DNA of 64,000 nucleotides from assembly GCF_963921235.1 (NCBI RefSeq), contig NC_086108.1:87174001-87238000 (forward strand), given 5' to 3'. Shown here piece by piece: positions 11,030 through 22,298 of the stretch. How positions within the stretch are numbered: position 1 is the first letter of the stretch; each line of letters begins with the position of its first letter. The stretch comes from Mobula hypostoma (Eukaryota). Under the pieces are notes generated by a model. It was given only the letters and a program-made list of their open reading frames with translations, was not told the origin of the DNA and did not search any database. Made by a program: the position numbers and the translations under genes.

Positions 11030-12560
11030 TTCTCACGATAGGTCTTTCCATTCCAGGACATTCAAGAGGTCCTCTTTTTACAGAAAATGATGTATCCCCT
11101 CCACCACTATCAATGCAGTGCTCACCAGAAACTTCTCCATTTCTCAGATATTGGTCCTCGTGTTATTTTTCTCCAACATAACAGGGATGTCGCCCTGTGT
11201 CTCCATCCCTTTGTCCTGTAGCATAGCAGTTAGCATAATTCTTTAAAGCACTAGCTGTCAGATCAGTGTTCAATTCCTGTCATTGTCTGTAAGGAGTTCT
11301 TACATTTCCCCATGATTAGTCTGGTTTTCTCCCACATTTCAAGAGATGGATGGGTTAGGTCTGCATCCCATGAGATTCTGCATCCAACATATCATTCCCT
11401 GCAACTTCTGCCATCCCTAATGTGATCCCTCCACTGGCACATTATCCCCTCTGTTACGTACCCCGTAACTGGGTTGCCAAACCAGCGGAAATGGATCACT
11501 CAGTTGGAGTCTGGATTACTAGAACTAAGAAAGTTTATTAAAGAAACAAGCAACACAGTAATCGAAAGGATAATAAATGCAACAGTTCAGCAATGATAAA
11601 CACACATGTGCACAGAATTAAGATAACAGCATCAATCAAGCTCTATCGTTGTCTAGGGGTAAATGACCAATTTCAAAGTGACACAAAGTTCAGTCCAATT
11701 TAGTTCAGTTCGCAGTAATCGTTGCCGTGGCGATGGACAATGTAGGGGGAGGGAGAGAGAGAACGAGAACGACTGATCATTCAGAACGGCTTCCACTCAC
11801 AGACCAGCGATATGGCTCACAAGCAGCTTTTGGGCGGGTCCTTTGTGATGTCACCTGAGGTCACCGACTGTGACCCCTCCTCCAGATGCGGTCGATCCTC
11901 TGCAGTGAACCCGGCACCCAAGCGAGGGTGGACACACACCGGGTTCCCGCTGATCGTACCTTTCCACCCTGTGCGTTTAAGGCTGATCCCCCAATCAGCC
12001 GTCCAAGAGCTTCTCACCGACTTGTGAGAGGCGCACCGCTTCCAGGGTCTCGTTACCTCGAGTGTCGTGTGTCTGCTGCCTTAGCGAACCTGTCCCTTTT
12101 TATCCCCCTGCTGGGGTATCGCCTGTCCATCACTTCAAACAGTTCAGGGTTCAAAGGGGGAGCCGCTCCAGACAGCTCTCTCTCCCGTCCCTTCATTACA
12201 CATCTCCAGATGCTGCTTCATTGTTCCTTATCTCTTCTTCCCCTGAAGACAGGTGGCAGAGCAACTGCTGATGCCACTGATGCTAGCCCAGGCCAGCAAA
12301 CATCTTAATTTATGTGTATTCTCGTCACACCTCCCATCCTCTGTCCATTTTCTCAGGGTTCTCTCTCCTCATGACCTCCTTGTCCACTTGACCCTCATGC
12401 CAATTGGCCCCCAGGCACTTAGCCCTGCAACCATCCCAAATGTTACACCACATCTCTTTCTTTTCAGTTCTGTTGAAGGGCCTCAGCCAAAATAAAAATG
12501 TTCATTTCCCTCCACAGATGTTGCTTGTCCTGCTAAATTCCTCCAGAATTTCTGTGTGTG
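11030..12560 (+). mobile_element. Penelope-like fragment, inverted relative to 10236-11010, hosting a SINE piece (11217-11360) and a solo LTR
   Basis: Penelope-like RT/linker sequence; tail ACAGATGTTGCTTGTCCTGCTAAATTCCTCCAGAATTTCTGTGTGTG at 12514-12560; degenerate HHR at ~12465-12500. Confidence 0.65.
11452..12329 (-). mobile_element. Solo LTR of the Gmr1-like family (878 bp)
   Basis: TG...CA termini, 4-bp TSD CCTC (11448-11451 and 12330-12333), no PBS or internal sequence; homologous along its length to 12997-13853. Confidence 0.93.
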
Positions 12561-12996
12561 TTTCTCCTCTCCAGCATATGTAATAATGTGTGAAAATAAC
12601 AGCTTTATGTGACAATAACATTATTGTCACATCACTCCTTCTTCTTTCTGGACTCAGTACAGAATTCAACAATCTCAAATCATTAATAACTTCCAATATT
12701 TTCATGATTTTTTAAAAAAGTCATAGAGTCAAAGAGCCATACAGCATAGATACAGGCTGTTCAATCCAAAGACTCCATGCCAACCATAGTTCCCACCCAT
12801 CTAGTCCCAATAGTCCCAATTTCCTATCTTTGGCCGATATTCCATATACACTCTACTCTCTGTGTGAGAAAGTTGCTCCTCGAGTCCCTTCTAAATGTTT
12901 CTTTCTCACCACTATCTATGTCCACTAGTTTTGGTTTCCCCTACGTTGGAGTAAAAACTGTTACTGTCCATCTCCCCACCAGCCTCTTTTCTTTTC

Positions 12997-13853
12997 TGTT
13001 ACGAGAATACACATAAAATTAAGATGTTTGCTGGCCTGGGCTAGCATCAGTGGCATCAGCAGTTGGTCTGCCACCTGCCCTCAGGGGAAGGAGAGATAAG
13101 GAACAATGGAGCAGCGTCTGGAGATGTGTAATGAAGGGACGTGGGAGAGGGAGCTGTCTGGAGCGGCTCCCCCTTTGAACCCTGAACTGTTTGAAGTGAT
13201 GGACAGGCGATACCCCAGCAGGGGGATAAAAAGGGACAGGTTCGCTAAGGCGACACACACGCCACCCGAGGTAACGAGACCCTGGAAGCGGTGCGCCTCT
13301 CACGAGTGGGTGAGAAGTGCCAGACAACGACAAGGGTGGAAAGGTACGATCAGCGGGAACCCGGTGTGTGTCCGCCCTTGCCTGGGTGCCGGGTTCACTG
13401 CAGAGGATCGACCGCATCTGGAGGAGGGGTCACAGTCGGTGACCTCAGGTGACATCACCAAGGACCCGCCCAAATGCTGTTTGTGAGCCATCTCGCTGGT
13501 CTGTGAGTGAAGCCGTTCTGAATGATCAGTTGTTCCTATTCTATGTCTCTCTTCCCCCACCTTGTCCATCGCCATGGCAACGATTACTGCGAACTGGACT
13601 ACTAACTGGACTGAACTTTGAGTCATTTTGAAATTGGTCATTTACCCCTAGACAACGATAGAGCTTGATTGATGCTGTTATCTTAATTCTGTGCACATGT
13701 GTGGTTATCATTGTTGAATTGTTGCATTTATTATCCTTTCGATTACTGTGTTGCTTGTTTCTTTAATAAAACTTTCTTAGTTCTAGTACTCCAGACTCCA
13801 ACCGAGTGATCCATTTCTGCTGGTTTGGCAACCCAGTTACGGGGTACGTAACA
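12997..13853 (+). repeat. 5' LTR
   Basis: TGTTACG...CGTAACA; TATA-like GGATAAAAAG at ~13224; AATAAA at 13765. Confidence 0.96.
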
Positions 13854-13857
13854 TAAG

Positions 13858-13876
13858 TGGGGTTCTCGTCCGCGAT
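13858..13876 (+). promoter_or_regulatory. Variant tRNA-Pro primer-binding site
   Basis: TGGGGTTCTCGTCCGCGAT versus canonical TGGGGGCTCGTCCGGGAT, after a TAAG spacer. Confidence 0.8.
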
Positions 13877-13952
13877 TTTGAACGCTAAATTTGGGACAGA
13901 GTAAATTGATTGGGTTAAAATTCCCGAAAGAAAGAAAAGACAAACAGCAGAA

Positions 13953-16706
13953 ATGGAGGTTGAGGAATTTATAAAGGCGCCGACCTTGGAGGCATTAGAG
14001 GATGCCAGGAAATCGGAATTGATAGCTGTGGCCAAACGGGTGAATCTTGCTAAGGTGAAGTCGACAATGAGGAGAGAGGAGATACACAGAGCTATTGTAG
14101 AGCACTATGTATCTAAAGGTGTGTTTCCCCAAGGTGAGCTGGGGGAGGTGTCTATTGAAAAACCTGCTGGAGACGCGGTACAGGTACAGCTTGAAAAACT
14201 GAGACTCGAGCACGAGTTCCGGGTACGGCAGTTAGAACACGAAGACAGACAGTTGGAGAGAGAGGAGAAACAGAGGGAAAGGGAATTTGAGCTGGAGAAG
14301 TTAAAGATAAGGGCCGAGCAGGGGCTCGTGCCGAACCAAGGTGGAGGGTTCCGGGCGACCCAGGAGGTTAGGCTGGTTCCCCCATTTGACGATACCGATG
14401 TGGATCGGTACTTTCTCCATTTCGAAAAAGTGGCTATAAGTCAGGACTGGCCAAGGGATAAGTGGGTTGTTTTACTTCAGAGTGTACTGAAAGGGAAAGC
14501 CCAACAAGCTTACTCCGCTTTATCCGCGGAAGATGCCCAGAGGTATGAGGTGGTGAAGGAGGCCATCCTCAGGATTTATGAGTTGGTCCCGGAGGCATAC
14601 CGGCAGAGGTTCCGGAATGCGAGGAAGCGGTGGGACCGCACGTATTTGGAGTTTGCTCGCGAGATGCAAACATATTGTGAGCGTTGGTGCGCCTCAAAAG
14701 GGGTAGAGGGGGATTATGACAGACTGCTGCAGCTGATTCTGATTGAGCAGTTTAAAGGTTGTGTCCCTGAGGGTATGAGACCCTACCTCGATGAGAAAGA
14801 GGCAGCCACGTTAGCCGCAACTGCTAAGTTAGCGGATGAGTATGCGTTGACACATAAAATGAAGTTTGCCCCGAGTAAAGGCTACCAGAAGGGTAGTCAG
14901 GACGGAGGGGAGAGTCCGCCGGAAAAGTCAGAAAGTAAGCCGGGGACTAGTGAAAAGGATAAGGTAGACCGGGAGCAGTCTGGTAGGAAGTCTCCTGGGG
15001 TCGTCTGTTATAATTGTGGGAAAGTCGGACACTTTGCGTCCAGGTGCTTTGCCCCAAGGAAGGAGACGGGGAAAGGAAAAGCGGAAATTTTGAATGGCTG
15101 TATCGAGCTGTTAAGCGAACCGCTAGGGAAGGACAGGTCTGAAAAAGTCCAGGAAGGGCGCGAGAGGTTTATCTCGGCCGGATGGGTGTCAGTGAAGGAG
15201 GGGTTAAAACCAGTTCCAGTGCGGATCTGGAGAGACACGGGAGCGTGTCAGTCATTGATATTGAAGAGTGTATTAGAGTTTAGCTCAGAGACCCAGACTG
15301 GGGAGGTAGAGGTCAAAGGTGTTGGGGAAGGGACAGAGTCAGTCCCTTTGCACCAGATACATTTACAGAGCAACCTGGTCTCTGGACTAGTCACGATCGG
15401 GGTGAGGTCCGAATTACCGATGAAAGACGTGGAAGTCTTGCTCGGTAATGACATCGCCGGAGGAATCGTGTTCCCAGTCGTGAGATTGACGGGTCAGCCT
15501 GCCAGCATGGAGGCCCCGCCCGCGATGGTGAATTTGGCTGAAACATTTCTGCCAACCTTGTATGAGACAGGGTGTAGTGAGATAAGAGGTAGTGAGGGAG
15601 CTGGGACGGACGTAGCAGTAGCCAGGAAAGAATTTGTGCAGACGCAGGAGCGAGACGAGGGGCTGATGGTTTTGGCAGAGACCGCTCTCTCTGACACAGC
15701 CTTGACAAGCTATTGTGCGGAGGAGGAAGTGCTAAGGAAGAAAGGGAAATCAAGTACAGTACCCGCAGATGAGGAATGGGGGGTGGTGCAAAAGAGTTAT
15801 GGGGATGAGGTTTTTAACATGGCCCACGAGGTACCCCCCGGTGGACATTTTGCGGTGCTGGAGGAAACAGTTGGTGGAATCATGAAAAAGATTTACCGGC
15901 TGCCCAGGGGGAAGAATGTTATTGATCATGACCGACGCGAACTGAGACGGTCACCGGCTTTTGATATGCTAACAAACCTAGTCGGTGTTAGCGTGGAAAT
16001 CAATGAAGCTAGGGGCCCCTTGATAAGAGGAAAAAACCATTTTGAAAAGATTAGGATGGGATCGGTCAGATGGGAGAAGGCTATTGTTTTGGCCAGGTCT
16101 ACTGATAAGGTCTCTCCCTTAATCCCCGAAGGAGTAATTAAACGACTCGCACCCATGTGTTTGATTGTCCCGAGGAAATGCAAAGAACTGGGACGTTGGG
16201 TGATTGTGGTTACAATAGGGCAGCCAAGTAAACAACACCCATATTTTTCGAGTAATTCAGTGACTAAAGGTCTGATGAACACAGAGGTGTGTATTGGCAA
16301 TTTAATACGGCTGTCTGAAGCCAGTTTGATAGTGAACCTTGAAAAAAATGAATTCGGCCACACGAGGGTCACTTACCTGGGAATTGTGGTGACACAGGGG
16401 CAGCTGGCAGTGATGCAAGCTACAGTGCAGGCTATCGCTGACCTCCCAACCCCGACAGACAAGAGGGCCCTCGGAAGGCTTTTGGAGATGGTGGGGTACT
16501 GCAGGAAGTTTTGCAATAACTCTGCGGTCAATACCCGTCCCCCTCCTACTAAGCCCTTGCGAGAGAAAATTGAGTCGGAATGGGACGACCCTTGTTGTTG
16601 TGGTCCGGGACAAAACCAAATGAGAGGTTACATTGGTCGCAATTCATCAGTGTTTTTGGCCACTATGAAGTTTGCTGAGTTGGAGCCTGGTCTAAGGGAT
16701 TATTAA
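13953..16706 (+). CDS. 917-aa Gag-protease polyprotein fused in frame to deleted, inactive IN, RT and RNase H remnants
   Basis: SCAN-like capsid region, CYNCGKVGHFASRC knuckle (15006-15047) and protease DTG (15234). IN H-x-H remnant AHEVPPGGH; RT YIDD position reads CIGN (16290); RT thumb is present; RNase H TDHNPL position reads IGRNSS. Confidence 0.9.
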   Translation: MEVEEFIKAPTLEALEDARKSELIAVAKRVNLAKVKSTMRREEIHRAIVEHYVSKGVFPQGELGEVSIEKPAGDAVQVQLEKLRLEHEFRVRQLEHEDRQLEREEKQREREFELEKLKIRAEQGLVPNQGGGFRATQEVRLVPPFDDTDVDRYFLHFEKVAISQDWPRDKWVVLLQSVLKGKAQQAYSALSAEDAQRYEVVKEAILRIYELVPEAYRQRFRNARKRWDRTYLEFAREMQTYCERWCASKGVEGDYDRLLQLILIEQFKGCVPEGMRPYLDEKEAATLAATAKLADEYALTHKMKFAPSKGYQKGSQDGGESPPEKSESKPGTSEKDKVDREQSGRKSPGVVCYNCGKVGHFASRCFAPRKETGKGKAEILNGCIELLSEPLGKDRSEKVQEGRERFISAGWVSVKEGLKPVPVRIWRDTGACQSLILKSVLEFSSETQTGEVEVKGVGEGTESVPLHQIHLQSNLVSGLVTIGVRSELPMKDVEVLLGNDIAGGIVFPVVRLTGQPASMEAPPAMVNLAETFLPTLYETGCSEIRGSEGAGTDVAVARKEFVQTQERDEGLMVLAETALSDTALTSYCAEEEVLRKKGKSSTVPADEEWGVVQKSYGDEVFNMAHEVPPGGHFAVLEETVGGIMKKIYRLPRGKNVIDHDRRELRRSPAFDMLTNLVGVSVEINEARGPLIRGKNHFEKIRMGSVRWEKAIVLARSTDKVSPLIPEGVIKRLAPMCLIVPRKCKELGRWVIVVTIGQPSKQHPYFSSNSVTKGLMNTEVCIGNLIRLSEASLIVNLEKNEFGHTRVTYLGIVVTQGQLAVMQATVQAIADLPTPTDKRALGRLLEMVGYCRKFCNNSAVNTRPPPTKPLREKIESEWDDPCCCGPGQNQMRGYIGRNSSVFLATMKFAELEPGLRDY

Positions 16707-16866
16707 TAACACGTGTAAAAGGAACAGAAAATGTGATGACTGTCTGTCAAGGTGTTGACAGCTTCAAATTCTCTGTATTAGCTAAATAACTGTTAAAGAT
16801 GTATATTGTGTATGTATCAGATAATGTAGTCATGTTTGTAATTTTTACCTCCCGGTAAAAATCCTT

Positions 16867-16878
16867 AAAGGGGGGAAG
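16867..16878 (+). promoter_or_regulatory. Polypurine tract
   Basis: AAAGGGGGGAAG immediately before the 3' LTR TG. Confidence 0.9.
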
Positions 16879-17735
16879 TGTTACGAGAATACACATAAAA
16901 TTAAGATGTTTGCTGGCCTGGGCTAGCATCAGTGGCATCAGCAGTTGGTCTGCCACCTGCCCTCAGGGGAAGGAGAGATAAGGAACAATGGAGCAGCGTC
17001 TGGAGATGTGTAATGAAGGGACGTGGGAGAGGGAGCTGTCTGGAGCGGCTCCCCCTTTGAACCCTGAACTGTTTGAAGTGATGGACAGGCGATACCCCAG
17101 CAGGGGGATAAAAAGGGACAGGTTCGCTAAGGCGACACACACGCCACCCGAGGTAACGAGACCCTGGAAGCGGTGCGCCTCTCACGAGTGGGTGAGAAGT
17201 GCCAGACAACGACAAGGGTGGAAAGGTACGATCAGCGGGAACCCGGTGTGTGTCCGCCCTTGCCTGGGTGCCGGGTTCACTGCAGAGGATCGACCGCATC
17301 TGGAGGAGGGGTCACAGTCGGTGACCTCAGGTGACATCACCAAGGACCCGCCCAAATGCTGTTTGTGAGCCATCTCGCTGGTCTGTGAGTGAAGCCGTTC
17401 TGAATGATCAGTTGTTCCTATTCTATGTCTCTCTTCCCCCACCTTGTCCATCGCCATGGCAACGATTACTGCGAACTGAACTACTAACTGGACTGAACTT
17501 TGAGTCATTTTGAAATTGGTCATTTACCCCTAGACAACGATAGAGCTTGATTGATGCTGTTATCTTAATTCTGTGCACATGTGTGGTTATCATTGTTGAA
17601 TTGTTGCATTTATTATCCTTTCGATTACTGTGTTGCTTGTTTCTTTAATAAAACTTTCTTAGTTCTAGTACTCCAGACTCCAACTGAGTGATCCATTTCT
17701 GCTGGTTTGGCAACCCAGTTACGGGGTACGTAACA
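16879..17735 (+). repeat. 3' LTR
   Basis: Direct repeat of 12997-13853. Confidence 0.96.
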
Positions 17736-18121
17736 TTTCTAATATCCTCCAGAGCTAATTATGTGATTCACTATTGTCTATACCACCTTCTTTTACCTGG
17801 CTCTGACAACCTCATTACATTTAATCATTCCCAGCCTCTAGCTCACCACATGTATTCTTTTTTGTCTTCTCTGCCTTTCTCACTCATTCCTCTCTATCTT
17901 AAATATTTATGTATTTATTTATTTATTCATTCATTCATTTATTGAGACACAATATGGAATAAGCCCCTCAAGCCATGCTGCCCAGCAACCCCCAATTTAA
18001 CCCTAACCTTCATGGGACAATTTACACCAACCAATTAACTTATCAATTTCACTGATCAATTAACCTATTAGAGCACCTGGAGAAAGCTTGCATTACTTAT
18101 AATGAAAGGCCAACAATCTTT

Positions 18122-18470
18122 AACATAGAACATAGACCACAGAACATAAAACATAGACCATGATCTTATTGAATGGTGGAGCAGGCCCGATGGGCCAGAT
18201 GGCCTATTCCTGCTCCTATTTTTGATGTTCTTATGTTTTAGCTATGGCCACACTGGGAAAAGGGTGCCGGCTGCCCATGCCTATCTGTGTCTCCTATTAC
18301 CATATACACTTCTATCAAGTTGCCTCTCATCATCCTTCTCCCCAGAGAGAAAAACCCTCACGTGCTCAACATTTCCTCCATAAAACATGCTCTCTAATTC
18401 AAGCAACATCCTGTTAAATCTCCTCTGCACCCTCTCTAAAGCTTCCACATCTTTCCTATAATAAGGCAAA
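18122..18470 (-). mobile_element. CR1 3' fragments (mixed orientation)
   Basis: PYYRKDVEALERVQRRFNRML on the minus strand; a plus-strand CR1-type 3' UTR at 18160-18240. Confidence 0.7.
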
Positions 18471-19149
18471 TATTAATGATATTGAATACATCTGTCTCAA
18501 AAGTAAATGCAGCTCTCAATATAATTCTAAAATTGAATCTATTACTCCTAATGGTATCCCAAAAAGAATTCCAATCCTTCTCAGTCTAGCCGATTTGCTG
18601 TTATGGGCAACAGAGCATGCAGGCTGACACCTAATATCCTGACATCAGTCATCTATATTATAGCCCCCATGATAAACAGAATGCGTTGGGTTATTGAGTG
18701 ACAAAGACAATGTGCTAACAACGTGGTTTGTGGGAGCATAAACAGCATGCCTTTTGATGCATGAATAGTGCCCATGCACTGACTACTGTCATGCTTAAAA
18801 ATACAAATGTGGCTGCAAACACTCTGAATTTACTGAATGTGAGACAGTGTGTGAAATCTCAAAAATTCATACATCATTGCATTCCAATCCATGCACCTTT
18901 GCCTCCAGACATAGAACATCAGGCCCATCTACCTCTGCTGCCTTCACAGTTTTCATTTGGTAAGCCTCCTGGCTCCGATAAGTATAAGCAATATCTGTCT
19001 TGCTGGCCCAAGAAACTGAAGTCTGCTCGATAAAGACAAAAATCCAATTGGATCTTAGCTGCTTTAAAGCAAAAAAATAGCTGCAAGCCTCAAACTTCCT
19101 GCAGCTATATGGGAAAGTGTGAATAGTTATACTGTGAATAATTGGCACT

Positions 19150-19990
19150 GTGAGTAATGGATGTAATTACAAAGCAGGCCTGCCAACAGCTATACTTCAT
19201 TAAGGAGTTTGAGGAGATTTGAGATGTCACTAAAACCTCCAGCAAGTTTCTACAAATGCACTGTGGAGTGCATTCTGACTGCTGCATCACTGCTTGGAAT
19301 GGCGATGCCAGTGGCCAGGACCAGCAAAAGCTTCGGAGGGTTATAAACTCACCCGATTCCATCCTTGGCACGAGCCTTCCTGCCATCGAGAACATCTTGC
19401 CTGGAGAAGGCAGCATCTATTATGAAGAATGCACCATCTAGAACATGCCCTCTTCTCATTACTACCATCAGGGTGGAACAGCAGGAGTCTGAAGACACAC
19501 ACTCAATGTTTTAGAGTCAGCTTCATCCCCTGCCTTCAGATTTCTGAACGGCTCATGAACACCAACCTCATCGCTTTATTCTCTTTTTGCACTACTAGTT
19601 TATATTTGTAATTAGTTCTTCCGAAAGTTTTCACTCACCTCAACACTGAACTGATCCATAACCTATGGATTCATTTCAAGGATTCTGCAGCTCATGTTCT
19701 CGGTATTATTTATTTATTTTTTATTAATATTATTTTGTATTAGCATAGTTTGTCTTCTTTTGCACATTGATTGTTTGCAGTTTTTATCATTGATTTTGTT
19801 GTATTTCATGTTCTACAGCAAATGCCCACAAGAAAATGAATCTCACGGTGGTTTATGGTGACATATATGTACTTTGATAATAAATTTACTTTGAGCTTTT
19901 GAACTTTATTCTAACTTACAGAATTATTTTGTGTATTGCACAGTACTGCTGCTGTAAAACAACCAATTTCATGACATATGTCAGCAGTAA
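19150..19990 (+). mobile_element. Rex1/Babar-type LINE 3' fragment with stacked tails
   Basis: CITAWNG...QDQQKLRRVINS...HALFSLLPSG...SLKTHTQCFR. Confidence 0.75.
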
Positions 19991-20009
19991 GAATGTAGTA
20001 AGGATGTGG

Positions 20010-21475
20010 TCTATCAGTTACAATGTGAGATAGAAAATGCATGTCAGAAGGGCAATGTTACAATAGTCATGGAGATTTCTATATCCAGGTAGATTAGGAA
20101 AATCAGGTTGGTGTGGGACTCCAAGAGGGGGAGTTTCTAGAATGCCTACAAGGTGACTTTTTAGAGCAGCTCGTGGTTGGGCTCACTAGGGGATCAGATT
20201 TTCTGGATTGGGTGTTGTGCAATGAACCGGAATTGATTAGAGAGTTTAAGGTAAGAGAACCCTTAGGTGTGTGAAGTTACCACTACTAGGAAGAAGGTTC
20301 TTGGGAAACTGAAAGGTCTGAAGGTAGATAAATCACCTGGACCAGATGGTGTACACCTCAGGATTCTGAAAAAAGGTGGCTGAGGAGATTGTTTAAGTAT
20401 TGGTAATAATCTTTCAAGGATTACTAGATTCTGGATTGATTCCGGAAGAATGGAAAATTGCAAATATCACTCCACTCTTCATGAAGGGAGAGAGGCAGAA
20501 GGAAGGAAATTATACGCCAGTATTTGAGAAGATGTTGGAATCAATTATTAATGATGAGATCTCAGGATACTTGGAGGCACATGATAAAATAGGCTGTAGT
20601 CAGCATGGTAAGGAATATAAATGTGATGTTGGAATCATTTCAAGAGGACTAGTAAATAAAAGCAAAGATGTAATGTTGGGACTTTATAAAGCATAGGCCC
20701 CACTTGGAGTCCTGAGTGCAGTTTTTGGCCCCTTTATCTAAGAAAGGATATGCTGAAACTGAAGAGGGTTCAAAGGAGGTTCACAAAAATGATTCCAGGA
20801 TTAATAATAATAAGTACTTTATTGATCCCAAGTGGGAAATTTTTTTTACAGCAACAATATTTAAAAACACACTTAACAATAATAATAATAATAGTAACTA
20901 ATAAAGTACAGAATAACAATATACACAATAATAATCTACCAATGTACGCTACTGTGAAACAGAGATGAATTTTTGTATATGCTTATTGCTTTTGGTAGGA
21001 AAGATTTTCTGTAACGATCAAATGGCTTATCATATGAAGAGCATTTGATGGCTTTGGGCCTGTATTCACTAGAATTCAGAAGAATGAGGTGTAACCTAAT
21101 TTGAACCTAATGAATGGTGAAAGGACTTGATAGAGTGGATATGGAGAGGATGTTTCCTATGGTGGGAGAGTTTAAGAGCAGAGGACACCGCCTCAGAATA
21201 GAGGGGCGTCCTTTTACAATGAAGATGAGGAGGACTTTCTTTAGCCAGAGTAGAGAATCTGCGGAATTCGTTGTCACAGGCAGCTGTGGAGGCCATGTTT
21301 TTATGTATATTTAAGGCAGAGGTTGATGGATCCTTGATTGGTCAGGGCATGGAGGGATGGAGGAAGGGAGGTAGGAGACTAAGTCTGAGAGGAAAAGTGG
21401 ATCAGCTATGATGAAATAGTGGAGCAGACTTGATGGGCCAAATGGCCTAATTCTGCTCCTATAATATGTTCTTAT
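20010..21475 (+). mobile_element. CR1 LINE, decayed with internal deletions and a nested minus-strand tail (~20800-21020)
   Basis: KSPGPDGVHLR, WKIANITPLF, RVQRRFTKMIPG, RGHRLRIEGRPF. Confidence 0.8.
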
Positions 21476-22107
21476 AATAAACCTGATTCTGATTTTGATT
21501 CTGAAGTAATGATGGCTGTGCAACAACCGAAGGAAGAAGCAAAACCTTAAATACTTAATTTAGTTCTAATAAAAAATGTCTTTCTGCTGTAGAGAATACC
21601 TTAGGATCATATATTGCTGGTGAGCTGACTAATAATTATCTACTAGGCCCAGTGAACAGTTGGTCTACCTAAATCAAGACCAACCTTTGAAAGGTTAATG
21701 AGAGGGTTACCACTCATTAGCTGATGTGTCATTTCTATGATTAACTAAGATGCTCCTAAGACAAATTTCTAGAGCTTATACAAAAGTTGTTAATGCCCAA
21801 ATACCTATCCTGTATACAGACTAAACAGCATTGAATTTCCTGCTGACATGTGTTCCTGCATATAACAAGTAATATTAAACGTAGATTAGGCACTAAAGCT
21901 GGTAGTTATTAAGAAATTTGGAGCTCTTTTAGTTGGTTGCAAGTGCAGTGCAGCCTCTGTCCAGTTCATAATCTTTGGCAATTATTATTAACAAAATTCT
22001 CATTTCGCTCAGTCTCTGCCTAAGACCATAAGAAACTATAGGAGTTTGTGGATACAGCAACACATCGAATAAAAAACTAGCCTCTGATCCATGGACTCTG
22101 TCTACAC

Positions 22108-22298
22108 CAGGGGTGGCCAACCTTTTACATTCCATGCGTCAATTTTTTCACGCACGAGTTCAGATGCGATTTTTTCATGCACGAGTTCTATATTAACATA
22201 CTTTTACAAGAATTGAATGGGGGTACAAGAGTTGTATGGTGCAACCGAACTCATGAGTGAAAAAATTGACGCATGGAATGTAAAAGGTTGGCCACCTG
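22108..22298. mobile_element. hAT-type MITE (191 bp)
   Basis: ~52-bp terminal inverted repeats starting CAGGGGTGGCCAACC; perfect 8-bp TSD GTCTACAC (22100-22107 and 22299-22306). Confidence 0.92.

Larger units (their letters stand above)
12997..17735 (+). mobile_element. Complete young non-autonomous Gmr1-like LTR retrotransposon (4739 bp)
   Basis: Two 857-bp LTRs (only two differences seen by eye), TSD TTTC (12993-12996 and 17736-17739), PBS, PPT and one long ORF. Confidence 0.96.

Noticed and set aside
13019..13641. Several 60-132-aa ORFs repeated at 11812-12308 and 16901-17523
   Set aside because: They lie within GC-rich LTRs, recur only because the LTR is repeated, and show no recognisable domains.
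13953..16706. Domesticated host gene (SCAN- or Gag-derived)
   Set aside because: It is flanked by near-identical LTRs, PBS, PPT and TSD, so it is a recent mobile insertion.
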